64,000 nt of DNA. It comes from Candidatus Pelearchaeum maunauluense. GTDB taxonomy: Archaea; Thermoproteota; Nitrososphaeria_A; Caldarchaeales; Caldarchaeaceae. The notes under the pieces were generated by a model, which made no database searches, had not been told where the DNA came from, and saw nothing but the letters and a program-made list of their open reading frames with translations. This document shows, in pieces, positions 10,842 through 19,559 of the stretch (positions are counted from its first letter, which is position 1; each line of letters opens with the position of its first letter). Made by a program: the position numbers and the translations under genes. Location of the stretch: assembly GCA_030059675.1 (NCBI GenBank), contig JANVYQ010000006.1, forward strand, positions 32,001 to 96,000. Direction: 5' to 3'.

Positions 10842-12203
10842 TTAAAGACTATCTATGGTGCTGAAAGATAGTATGCGCTTAACTGCTCTGAACGCCTCTT
10901 CAGCGGCTGTTAATGTCTGTTCCACATCTTCAAGGCTGTGGGCTGTGGATATTACTATGCGCTCACCCCACTGCGAGTGTATATGAATCCCACGCGCAAA
11001 GAGCTGCCTATACCACTCACGGTATGCTGCCGTATTGATAGTGAAGGAATCCCGATAGTTTGTTATGGCTTCTAGCTCTGTGAAGAAGACCTGGAATATA
11101 GGCCCTAGGCCCTGAACTATCGCCTTCACGCGGGTGTCGGCTATTATCTCCTGAAGTCCCCTGACAAGCTTTCCACCAACCTCATGGAGTCTCCTGAATG
11201 CGGCGCCATCATTTTCCAAGAGCAGGTCTAGATTAACGGAGGCTGCTGCCAGGCTTATGGGATGGGCATTGTAAGTGCCGCCAAACCCTACTCTGCCAGG
11301 CCCAACATAGTCCAGTATGTCTTTCAGGCCGGTTACGGCAGCTATTGGAACTCCGCCTCCCAGGGCTTTGGCGAAGGTTGCGAGATGCGGCTTGACTCCA
11401 AAATATTCTTGAGCTCCTCCAGCAGCTATTCTGAACCCTGTCAAGACTTCATCAAAGATTAGCAAAGCATCAACCTCCTCAGCTATCTCCTTCAGCTCCT
11501 TAAGATACCCAGGCTTGGGCATTATAACGCCAGCGTTAGCCATTATAGGCTCGGTAATGATAGCTGCTATACTATTCCTATGACGTCTTACAATTTTACG
11601 TAACGTATGCGCATCGTTCCACGGAGCTATGATAACAGTCTTTCCAACGGCCTCTGGTATACCTGGATAGTATGGTATTCTGAAAGGAGCTATTTCCAGG
11701 CCAGGTATGGGCGACTCAACACTCCAGAGTACATAATCATGATGCCCGTGATATGCTCCTTCAAACTTTACTATCTTCGTCTTGCCAGTTACAGCGCGCG
11801 CTATTCTTATTGCCTCCATGGTTGCTTCAGTACCCGTAGTGGCGAAGAGGACTCGCTCAGCGTTGGGAACAACGCTTTGAATCTTTTTGGCGACCTCTAT
11901 CTCTAGCTCATGGGGCGTGCCGCTCATCGTCAAAGTCTCAGCTTGTCGTTTTATTGCTTCCACAATAGCTGGATGACAGTGACCATTAATGAGCGCGCCA
12001 TACGCCAGGAGGTAGTCTATGTATTCGTTTCCGTCAGCGTCCCATATGCGCGAACCTTTGGCGCGTGAGATGAAAATCGGATTGAGGGTAGCTACGCGAA
12101 TCGTGGAAGAAGCGCCAGCAGGTATAATCTTCCGCGCCTCTTCCAACAGTCTACGCGAGTAAGCGAGTTTAACCGCCTCCTCGCGGATAAGCCTACTTTC
12201 CAA
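10842..12203 (-). CDS. Class III aminotransferase, glutamate-1-semialdehyde aminomutase-like
   Basis: TGTEATM, KFEGAYHG, IFDEVLTGFR, AKALGGG, GTYNAHP; catabolic context suggests a HemL paralog. Confidence 0.85.
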   Translation of the reverse strand: MESRLIREEAVKLAYSRRLLEEARKIIPAGASSTIRVATLNPIFISRAKGSRIWDADGNEYIDYLLAYGALINGHCHPAIVEAIKRQAETLTMSGTPHELEIEVAKKIQSVVPNAERVLFATTGTEATMEAIRIARAVTGKTKIVKFEGAYHGHHDYVLWSVESPIPGLEIAPFRIPYYPGIPEAVGKTVIIAPWNDAHTLRKIVRRHRNSIAAIITEPIMANAGVIMPKPGYLKELKEIAEEVDALLIFDEVLTGFRIAAGGAQEYFGVKPHLATFAKALGGGVPIAAVTGLKDILDYVGPGRVGFGGTYNAHPISLAAASVNLDLLLENDGAAFRRLHEVGGKLVRGLQEIIADTRVKAIVQGLGPIFQVFFTELEAITNYRDSFTINTAAYREWYRQLFARGIHIHSQWGERIVISTAHSLEDVEQTLTAAEEAFRAVKRILSFSTIDSL

Positions 12204-12529
12204 AATTGCATCACCTCTATAGCTAGTTTGGCCACTTCCAGGCTGACGTATTTTTCTGACATTTTTATCCTTTTTCTACCAAAATATGTCGCAGTTCTCC
12301 TCTATAAACGGCTCTTAAAGCTGGCAGAACCGTTATAACGGCCAGCTTGGCTGCCTGCCTCAAAGCCTAGGGCAACGGGCTCTCTAGGCCTTCACGGCGA
12401 GACCTAAAGGCTCAAAACCATAAAACGGGTAGAAATAGGTGAAAAGAAGCGTAAATACGGCTTAACACGCTCTAAAACTCCTTTTTCTGGCTTTTTCAGA
12501 TTTAGCCATTCTCCTCACGGCCATGAACA

Positions 12530-13864
12530 CTAGCGGCGGGCTGCTTCATCAGCTATCTCTAACGCCTTGTCAAGAACATCAACACCCAAGTCTATGTCCT
12601 CCTTCTCAATAGTTAGGGGAGGTGCTATGATGAGGTGATTAACCCAGGCCATTACATACACGCCGTTCTTCATCATCTCAGAAGCAACTTTATCCACAAT
12701 CAAGGGCTTTCCTTCATGCTTATCCGCCATAACGTTAAACGGCTCGCGCGTCTCTTTATTCCGAGTTAAATCAACAGCCCAGAAAAGACCAAGGCCACGT
12801 ACCTCACCCACCGAATCATGCCTATCCACAAGCTCCCCAAGACGCTTACCCAGATAACCGCCCATTATGCGCGAGCGCTCAATTAGGTTAAGACGCTTAT
12901 ACTCGTTTATCGCGGCGACGGCAGCGGCTAGAGCTAGTGGGTGAGCCTCGTAAGTATGGCCATGGGCAAAGAAATTATCATCAAAAAACGCTGTGACCCT
13001 CTCACTCGTGCCTGTAACGCCTAACGGCATGTAAGAGCCAGTTATCCCCTTAGCTGTGGTTATGATGTCAGGGACAACATTCCAGTGATTTACGGCGAAC
13101 CATTCTCCCGTTCTCCCCCAGCCACTCATAACCTCGTCAGCAATTAAGAGAACATCATACCTCTCTGTAATCTTTCTGAGTTTGGGTAGATACTCTGGCG
13201 GAGGGACTATTACCCCATTCGTGCCTACTACGGGCTCAATAATTACCGCGCCGACATCGGGCTCGTTGCTAAGCATGTATTCAACATAATCTGCGCATGC
13301 TATTCCGCATTCTGGGTATCTGAGACCCAGGGGACAGCGGTAACAATACGCATCGGGGGCGAAAAGTGTTCCAGGAACTGTGGCTAGGGAATCAACATAC
13401 CAGCGGCGGTGGTCTCCTGTAACAGAGATTGACGCGGCCGTTGAGCCGTGATAAGACCTATACCTAGATATGACCTTATGTCGCCGTGTATAGAGGCGCG
13501 CTATCTTTAAAGCCGCTTCGTTAGCTTCTGTTCCCGATGTAGAGTAGAAGAACTTGTTAATTCCTGGCGGCATAAGCTCTGTGAGCATCTTACTCACTTC
13601 TGCACGGACATCACACGCAAAGGCTGGCGATATGTAGGGAAGCTTTCCCACATAGTCGCGAATTGCCTCTATAACTGCGCGGTTCTTATGGCCTAGATTG
13701 CTACATACAAGCTGGGATGAGAAGTCTAGGTATCTCTTCCCTCGCGAGTCGTAGAAATAGCAGCCCTCCGCGTCAACCACATGAAGAGGACTCCATCCCC
13801 TCTGCTTCTTCCAAGTTCCGTAAGAATGCTTAGCAGTATAGGCTGATACGTCATCCTGAATAAT
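12530..13864 (-). CDS. Class III omega-aminotransferase (taurine/beta-alanine:pyruvate-like)
   Basis: DFSSQLVCSNLGH, SYHGST, ADEVMSGWGRTG, AKGIT, HGHTY; frame stays open 28 codons upstream of the GTG to ATT codons at 13864/13861 behind an SD, so the start is uncertain. Confidence 0.88.
   Translation of the reverse strand: MIQDDVSAYTAKHSYGTWKKQRGWSPLHVVDAEGCYFYDSRGKRYLDFSSQLVCSNLGHKNRAVIEAIRDYVGKLPYISPAFACDVRAEVSKMLTELMPPGINKFFYSTSGTEANEAALKIARLYTRRHKVISRYRSYHGSTAASISVTGDHRRWYVDSLATVPGTLFAPDAYCYRCPLGLRYPECGIACADYVEYMLSNEPDVGAVIIEPVVGTNGVIVPPPEYLPKLRKITERYDVLLIADEVMSGWGRTGEWFAVNHWNVVPDIITTAKGITGSYMPLGVTGTSERVTAFFDDNFFAHGHTYEAHPLALAAAVAAINEYKRLNLIERSRIMGGYLGKRLGELVDRHDSVGEVRGLGLFWAVDLTRNKETREPFNVMADKHEGKPLIVDKVASEMMKNGVYVMAWVNHLIIAPPLTIEKEDIDLGVDVLDKALEIADEAARR
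13289..13345 (-). repeat. 57-bp perfect inverted repeat, copy 1
   Basis: Reverse complement identical to 16868-16924; encodes CYRCPLGLRYPECGIACAD. Confidence 0.95.
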
Positions 13865-14010
13865 AGCGCTTCACCCTCTACGTCATTCTATCAAAGAGGA
13901 GATATATGCGTTAAGTCGCTCCAAACTCCTTAGTTAAGCCCTCTAGACGGCCTAGGTCTATAAATACCTCCTAATGACGCTCCAAAAGTATAGGTGGTGA
14001 GTATAGGCGT

Positions 14011-16302
14011 ATGATGAGTGAGCGTTTCGTTGGGAAACCTGTGCGAAGGAAGGAAGACAAGAGACTTATTACGGGTAAATCCACGTATTTAGACGACCTT
14101 AAGCTTCCAGGAATGCTCTATGCAGCAATACTGAGAAGCCCCTACGCCCATGCGCGTATAAAGAGTATAGACACGTCAAAGGCCATGATACCTGGCGTGG
14201 TGGCTATCTATACTGGTAAAGAGCTTAACAGGCTATGCGACCCGCTGGTTGTTGAGTCCCAATATAAGAATTCCAAGGTACCAGACCGTTACCCGCTTGC
14301 TGAAGATGAAGTTAATTTCGTTGGTGAGCCTGTAGCTATAGTCGTAGCAGAGGATAGGTACATAGCTCGTGATGCTGTGGAGAATATTCACGTGGAGTAC
14401 GAGCCTCTGCCTTATGTTCTTGACCCTGAGAAGGCCCTTGAGAGTGATGCTCCGCGTGTTCATGAACAATTTAGTGATAATGTTTGTTTAAGTTGGAAGA
14501 AGACATACGGCGATGTGGAGCAGGCGTTTAGGGAGGCAGACGAGATTGTTAAAGTTAAGCTCAGGATACAGAGGTTGGCTCCCGCCGCCATGGAGCCGCG
14601 TGGTGTAGCTGCAAGCTACGACTCAGGCGCAAAGCTCTTAACTGTATGGTCGTCAACGCAGTTTCCGCATAAACTAAGGACTTGGATTGCCACCTCACTA
14701 AGGATGCCTGAGAACCGGATAAGGGTTATAGCTCCTGAGGTAGGGGGAGGCTTCGGCTCAAAGCTCAACCAATATCCAGAGGAGGTAGCCATACCATTAA
14801 TATCCATGCTCCTCAGAAGACCAGTAAAATGGTCAGAGGAGCGTAGTGAGAACCTACGAGCAACAACGCATGGTAGGGGTGTGATAGCATATGTTGAGGC
14901 AGCCGTTAAGCGTGATGGAAAAGTTCTCGGCCTAAAAGCGAGGCTAATAGCGGACTTCGGCGCATACAACTACGTCTATACCCAAGATAACGTAATGCTT
15001 TCTGCGCGCATGCTTCCAGGCTGCTATGCTATAAGGAATCTAGAGCTTGATGTGGTGGGTGTATTCACCAACAAGATGGCAACCGACGCCTACCGCGGTG
15101 CTGGGAGGCCTGAAGCCTCATACATAATTGAGAGAGTAATGGATAGGGTTGCGCGCAGGCTTGGTATAGACCCTGCTGAGATAAGGCGGAGGAACTTTAT
15201 CAGGGTTGAGGAGTTTCCATACACTACCGCGACCCAATTTACCTATGATACGGGAAACTATGAGGCAGCTCTCAATAAGGCTCTGGAGATAGCTGAATAC
15301 CATAAGCTCCGTGAGGAGCAGGAGCGGCTTAGGCGCGAAGGACGTTATCTCGGTATAGGCATATCATCATACATAGAGGTATGCAACTTTGCTTATCAGA
15401 GTGCGCAGGTCAGGATAGAACCGACTGGCAAGGTTCTAATCTTCACGAGCACCTCCCCACACGGCCAGGGTGAGGAGACATCATTCGCACAACTTGCTGC
15501 TGATGTTCTAGGAATAAGCATAGATGACGTAGAGGTAATACATGGCGATACCATGGCAATACCATACGGCTGGGGCACCGCTGGAAGCTGGACACTAACA
15601 TCTGGAGGAAACGCGATAGTGAGCGCCTGCAAGAAGATACGCGAGAAGATGCTCAAGATAGCTGCCCGCATGCTTGAAGCTAGGGCTGAAGACCTAGAGA
15701 TGGCCGATGGCAAGATATTCGTGAAAGACAGCCCAGATAAATCCGTAAGCTTCAGCGAGGTTGTTAGCATGGCATACGACCCAGATAACCTCCCACCTGA
15801 GATGGAGCTTGGTTTGGCAGAGACCAGCTTCTACAGGCCTGACCTCACATTCCCATTCGGTACCCATGTGGCGGTTGTAGAGGTCAATCCCGATACTGGA
15901 GTCGTTGAGGTGAAGAAGCTGGTTATGGTTGATGACTGTGGCCGCGTGGTCAACCCACTGCTGGTTGAGGGCCAGATTCATGGCGGCGCTATACAGGCTC
16001 TCGGCCAGGCTCTCTATGAGGAAGTAGTCTATAGCGAGGACGGCGCACTGATAACTGCTACATTCTCCGACTACCTTATACCATCAGCTATGGAGGCGCC
16101 GCGAATGATAACGGACAGAACCGAAACACCTGCGCCCAACCCGCTTGGAACAAAGGGCGTAGGCGAGGCCGCTACCGTTGGCCTAACGCAGGCTATAGTT
16201 AACGCCGTTGAAGACGCTCTAGCACCGTTTGGCGTTGAGATAGAAGACACTCCACTAAAACCATCGTATATCTGGGAACTGGTACATCGTAGAAAACAAT
16301 AA
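14011..16302 (+). CDS. Xanthine oxidase-family molybdenum hydroxylase large subunit (form II CoxL/aldehyde oxidoreductase-like)
   Basis: RSPYAHA, VGGGFGSK, AYRGAGR active-site loop (not the AYXCSFR of form I CODH), HGQG, EGQIHGG, KGVGE. Confidence 0.92.
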   Translation: MMSERFVGKPVRRKEDKRLITGKSTYLDDLKLPGMLYAAILRSPYAHARIKSIDTSKAMIPGVVAIYTGKELNRLCDPLVVESQYKNSKVPDRYPLAEDEVNFVGEPVAIVVAEDRYIARDAVENIHVEYEPLPYVLDPEKALESDAPRVHEQFSDNVCLSWKKTYGDVEQAFREADEIVKVKLRIQRLAPAAMEPRGVAASYDSGAKLLTVWSSTQFPHKLRTWIATSLRMPENRIRVIAPEVGGGFGSKLNQYPEEVAIPLISMLLRRPVKWSEERSENLRATTHGRGVIAYVEAAVKRDGKVLGLKARLIADFGAYNYVYTQDNVMLSARMLPGCYAIRNLELDVVGVFTNKMATDAYRGAGRPEASYIIERVMDRVARRLGIDPAEIRRRNFIRVEEFPYTTATQFTYDTGNYEAALNKALEIAEYHKLREEQERLRREGRYLGIGISSYIEVCNFAYQSAQVRIEPTGKVLIFTSTSPHGQGEETSFAQLAADVLGISIDDVEVIHGDTMAIPYGWGTAGSWTLTSGGNAIVSACKKIREKMLKIAARMLEARAEDLEMADGKIFVKDSPDKSVSFSEVVSMAYDPDNLPPEMELGLAETSFYRPDLTFPFGTHVAVVEVNPDTGVVEVKKLVMVDDCGRVVNPLLVEGQIHGGAIQALGQALYEEVVYSEDGALITATFSDYLIPSAMEAPRMITDRTETPAPNPLGTKGVGEAATVGLTQAIVNAVEDALAPFGVEIEDTPLKPSYIWELVHRRKQ

Positions 16303-16318
16303 TAAACATGCAACCTCT

Positions 16319-17647
16319 ATGGTGAAGGCTCTAATGGGGAGGTCGGCCAGCGAGATAATAGAGAGGGACTCGCGTCTCTTTATGCGCTGCTACCCGGCCC
16401 GTACAAAACTCGTAATAGCACGTGGCCGTGGAGCTGAAGTATGGGATGTTGAGGGAAAGAGATACTTAGACCTCTTCTCAGGTATTGCGGTGAATAACGT
16501 AGGCCACTGCCATCCGCGCGTTGTTGAAGCTATACGAAGGCAGTCTGAGGAACTTATACATACGTCCATGCTCTATTATAACGAGACTGTGCTAAAGCTT
16601 GCCGAGAAGCTGGCTGGAATCGTGCCCAGCGGTCTCTCCCGTTTCTTCTTCGCCAATAGCGGGGCTGAGGCTGTTGAAGGGGCTGTGAAGCTGGCCAAGA
16701 AGTATGCGGCAAAACGCGGTATGGGGGGAGCGCAGGTAATAGCTCTTGACTGCTCCTTTCATGGACGGACATCACTAGCGCTAACCCTGACAGGCCAGAA
16801 AAAGTATAAACAAGGCCTGGGGAATTTCGCCAACTCTCCAGGCGTTGTGCACGCGCCCTCACCATACTGTTACCGCTGTCCCCTGGGTCTCAGATACCCA
16901 GAATGCGGAATAGCATGCGCAGATGCCCTAGAGAGGGTTTTTGAGTTTAGAACCTCTGGAGAGGTTGCCGCCGTTATTGTTGAGCCTGTACAAGGGGAGG
17001 GTGGAATAATAGTCCCGCCTGACGAGTATCTACCGCGTGTGCAGAGCATATGCCGCGAGCATGGCGCTGCGTTTATCGTGGATGAAGTCCAGACAGGGCT
17101 TGGGAGAACTGGCAAGATATTCGCGGCAGAACACTGGGGACTTGAGCCTGACATAATGACCATGGCTAAGGCGCTTGGGGGAGGGCTCCCAATAGGAGCT
17201 ATAGCTGCGCGCGAAGAGGTAGCTAATGCTTTCGAGGCTGGAGACCACTTCTCAACATTCGGCGGCAACCCAGTATCATGCGCCGCTGCTATAGCTGCCA
17301 TAGATGTCCTCATTGATGAGAAGCTGCATGAGAGGGCTGAGAAGCTGGGAAATCTTCTGCTCAAAATGTTTAGAAATGCTCAGGATGAGGCCGAGCTCAT
17401 AGGCGATGTGAGAGGGAAGGGGCTTATGATAGGTATTGAGCTGGTTAAGGATAGGGAGGGTAAGCAACCAGCGTCTGACGAAGCAAGCAAAACCAGCGAG
17501 GAAGCGCTGAAGAAAGGCATCATAATAGGCGTGGGAGGAGTGAAAAAGAATGTCATAAGAATACAACCACCACTGGTCATAACTGAGGAACAGGCACAGA
17601 AAGCAGCGGAGGAAATCATCGCAATAATCAAACAGATTAAGAAATGA
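16319..17647 (+). CDS. Class III aminotransferase, 4-aminobutyrate/acetylornithine aminotransferase-like
   Basis: NSGAEAVE, SFHGRT, DEVQTGLGRTG, AKALGGG, STFGGNP, IRIQPPL. Confidence 0.9.
   Translation: MVKALMGRSASEIIERDSRLFMRCYPARTKLVIARGRGAEVWDVEGKRYLDLFSGIAVNNVGHCHPRVVEAIRRQSEELIHTSMLYYNETVLKLAEKLAGIVPSGLSRFFFANSGAEAVEGAVKLAKKYAAKRGMGGAQVIALDCSFHGRTSLALTLTGQKKYKQGLGNFANSPGVVHAPSPYCYRCPLGLRYPECGIACADALERVFEFRTSGEVAAVIVEPVQGEGGIIVPPDEYLPRVQSICREHGAAFIVDEVQTGLGRTGKIFAAEHWGLEPDIMTMAKALGGGLPIGAIAAREEVANAFEAGDHFSTFGGNPVSCAAAIAAIDVLIDEKLHERAEKLGNLLLKMFRNAQDEAELIGDVRGKGLMIGIELVKDREGKQPASDEASKTSEEALKKGIIIGVGGVKKNVIRIQPPLVITEEQAQKAAEEIIAIIKQIKK
16868..16924 (+). repeat. 57-bp perfect inverted repeat, copy 2
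   Basis: tgttaccgctgtcccctgggtctcagatacccagaatgcggaatagcatgcgcagat, identical to the reverse complement of 13289-13345. Confidence 0.95.
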
Positions 17648-17702
17648 ACAGCCTGTTCTATTATCTAGAAATAAATACATCCAGCAGGCTCTTATTTTTG
17701 AG

Positions 17703-18149
17703 ATGAAAGAGGGTTATGCATCTATTCTAGCTGCATCACTGGTGTCTGTGGCTGTTATTGCTGTGGGTTTTCTCGTACTGAGCTGGCAGCAGTGCCAATA
17801 CACTACCACGCTTGTAGAAGACGCTGCCCTTAGACGTGATGGTGTTGTGCTAATAAGTAGCGTAGGAAAATGCGGAAGCCTGGAAAAGCCTACAATAACG
17901 TATAAAAGGGCTGGAGAATACCTAATCCTAACATACAGCGAGCCAGCTAACAATATCTGCTACCGCCACATCATAGAGAGTGTCAAAACCCAGGAAGGAG
18001 ATACGCCGCTAATTAGGATAGAGCTACGCCTAGTAGAGACGAGCGAGGCCTGTGTTATGTGCGTAGGCTACATAACAACAACACTCACTATAGGCCCGCT
18101 GCCCGAAGGGGCGCGGGTGTATGTTAATGGCTTATTGGCCGCTGCGTAA
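17703..18149 (+). CDS. Membrane-anchored Cys-containing extracellular protein (weak PrcB-like resemblance)
   Basis: N-terminal TM, five Cys including ACVMCVG, TATA-like element upstream. Confidence 0.65.
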   Translation: MKEGYASILAASLVSVAVIAVGFLVLSWQQCQYTTTLVEDAALRRDGVVLISSVGKCGSLEKPTITYKRAGEYLILTYSEPANNICYRHIIESVKTQEGDTPLIRIELRLVETSEACVMCVGYITTTLTIGPLPEGARVYVNGLLAAA

Positions 18150-18161
18150 AAGGCTTATATA
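18145..18161 (+). promoter_or_regulatory. BRE/TATA promoter of the aromatic amino acid operon
   Basis: cgtaaaagg followed by CTTATATA (18154-18161); expected TSS near 18183-18187, just upstream of the leader SD. Confidence 0.65.
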
Positions 18162-18201
18162 GAAAAAGGGAAATCAAACAAAACACGACCAGGAGGTGCG
18201 C

Positions 18202-18276
18202 GTGGTGAGGGCAGTAGGACTAACCTGTACAGGCTTTAGCGCCTTCACCACGTTTAGCTATTATTATCGCTGGTAA
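18202..18276 (+). CDS. Putative Phe/Tyr/Trp-rich attenuator leader peptide M(V)RAVGLTCTGFSAFTTFSYYYRW
   Basis: SD GGAGGTG at 18192-18198, GTG at 18202 or 18205, TAA at 18274-18276; 7 of the last 13 codons are aromatic; lies in the 5' leader of the shikimate operon. Confidence 0.8.
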   Translation: MVRAVGLTCTGFSAFTTFSYYYRW

Positions 18277-18335
18277 GCCGCCTCCGGTTTCGGTTCTTGT
18301 TTGTTCCTTTTTCTCCGTTTCTGGGGGGTGGTTTT
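18277..18335 (+). promoter_or_regulatory. Putative attenuator: anti-SD segment, U-rich tract and ask SD
   Basis: GCCGCCTCC (18277-18285) is complementary both to the ask SD (18324-18332) and to the leader SD; T-rich tract at 18294-18314. Confidence 0.6.
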
Positions 18336-19559
18336 ATGGGCAAAATAGTTGTAGTGAAGTTTGGTGGTTCTGTCCTCTCCGATGAGCGAAGCATAGAACG
18401 CGCAGCTAGGTGGTTGAAGGGTCTCCGTGATAAGGGCTTAAGCCCTGTTGTCGTCGTTTCGGCTCTACGCGGCGTAACTGATGAGCTACTTAAGACAGCA
18501 CAGCGCCTAAACCCCGAAGCCCCACCTGAGCTCATGGATGAAGTACTCGCCATGGGCGAGAGAACCAGCGCGAGGCTCTTCGCATTAGCCCTAACCAGAG
18601 AAGGCGTGGACGCCCTCGTGGTAGACCCAGACTCTACGCTATGGCCTGTTATAACCGACGAGAAACACCTAGACGCTACGCCTATACTGGACGAATGCAG
18701 GAGAAAAGCCTCCGAGGGTCTTCTGCCAGAGATTGCGGCAGGTAGGGTTCCAGTGGTCTGCGGCTACATAGGGGTATCCAAGACTGGGCGTATAACCACG
18801 CTGGGACGTGGGGGAAGCGACACTACAGCGGTTCTCCTAGCCAACTGTCTAGATGCCGAGGAGGTCGTCTTGGTGAAAGATGTGGGCGGGATACATTCGG
18901 CAGACCCGCGGAAGACACGAGAAGCCGAGGTGATAGAAACCATGAGCGCCTCTGAGGTTCTCCAGCTAACCACCGGTGGCGCCAAGGTGCTCCACGCAAA
19001 AGCGCTACGCTATATGAATGACAGTATGAGAATACGGGTAGGGACTCTTGAATCCCTTGAAGAAGGCGGGACGCTCATAACAGCTTCAGGTATGCCAAAA
19101 CTGGAGGTGGTGGCTACCCACGATAACGTGACGATGGTTACTATAATTGGTAAGGATATGGGAGAGCCTTCGAAATTGGCGAAAATGGTGGAAGCCCTCG
19201 TGGAGGCTGACGCGAACCTTTTGGCAGCGTCAATAGAGGAGAACTCGCTAATAATATACTTGGATGGTGATGGTGATGTGGTGGAGAAACTGCATGACCT
19301 TCTCGTATCCAGCAGGCTTGGGAAGGCGATAAGCCACTTCCCAAACCTCAGTATGATAAAAGTTTCAGGAACCATGCTGGAGACAAGCCCAGGCGTCATT
19401 CACAAGATAACACAACCCCTAGCAGCGCAGGCGATAAATGTCTATGGCCTTGTTACGATAAGCTCTTCTGTCCGCCTTTTCGTCTCGTCCAAAGAAGCCT
19501 CAAAGGCTATTAACTTGATACGTGACGGGTTGAGGGAGGTAGTGGATGAAGCAGCTTAA
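18336..19559 (+). CDS. ask: Aspartate kinase with C-terminal ACT domains
   Basis: VVKFGGS, VVSA, TLGRGGSDTTA, GAKVLH; start reassigned to ATG 18336 behind GGGGGTGG. Confidence 0.95.
   Translation: MGKIVVVKFGGSVLSDERSIERAARWLKGLRDKGLSPVVVVSALRGVTDELLKTAQRLNPEAPPELMDEVLAMGERTSARLFALALTREGVDALVVDPDSTLWPVITDEKHLDATPILDECRRKASEGLLPEIAAGRVPVVCGYIGVSKTGRITTLGRGGSDTTAVLLANCLDAEEVVLVKDVGGIHSADPRKTREAEVIETMSASEVLQLTTGGAKVLHAKALRYMNDSMRIRVGTLESLEEGGTLITASGMPKLEVVATHDNVTMVTIIGKDMGEPSKLAKMVEALVEADANLLAASIEENSLIIYLDGDGDVVEKLHDLLVSSRLGKAISHFPNLSMIKVSGTMLETSPGVIHKITQPLAAQAINVYGLVTISSSVRLFVSSKEASKAINLIRDGLREVVDEAA

Noticed and set aside
14011-16302. Aerobic CO dehydrogenase CoxL
   Set aside because: Active-site loop is AYRGAGR rather than AYXCSFR, and coxM/coxS and accessory genes are absent.
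18161-18314. Long-range pairing of AGAAAAAGG...AAACAA (18161-18182) with the U-tract (18297-18314)
   Set aside because: The 5' arm lies between the TATA box and the expected TSS, so it would be present only in read-through transcripts; low-complexity match.
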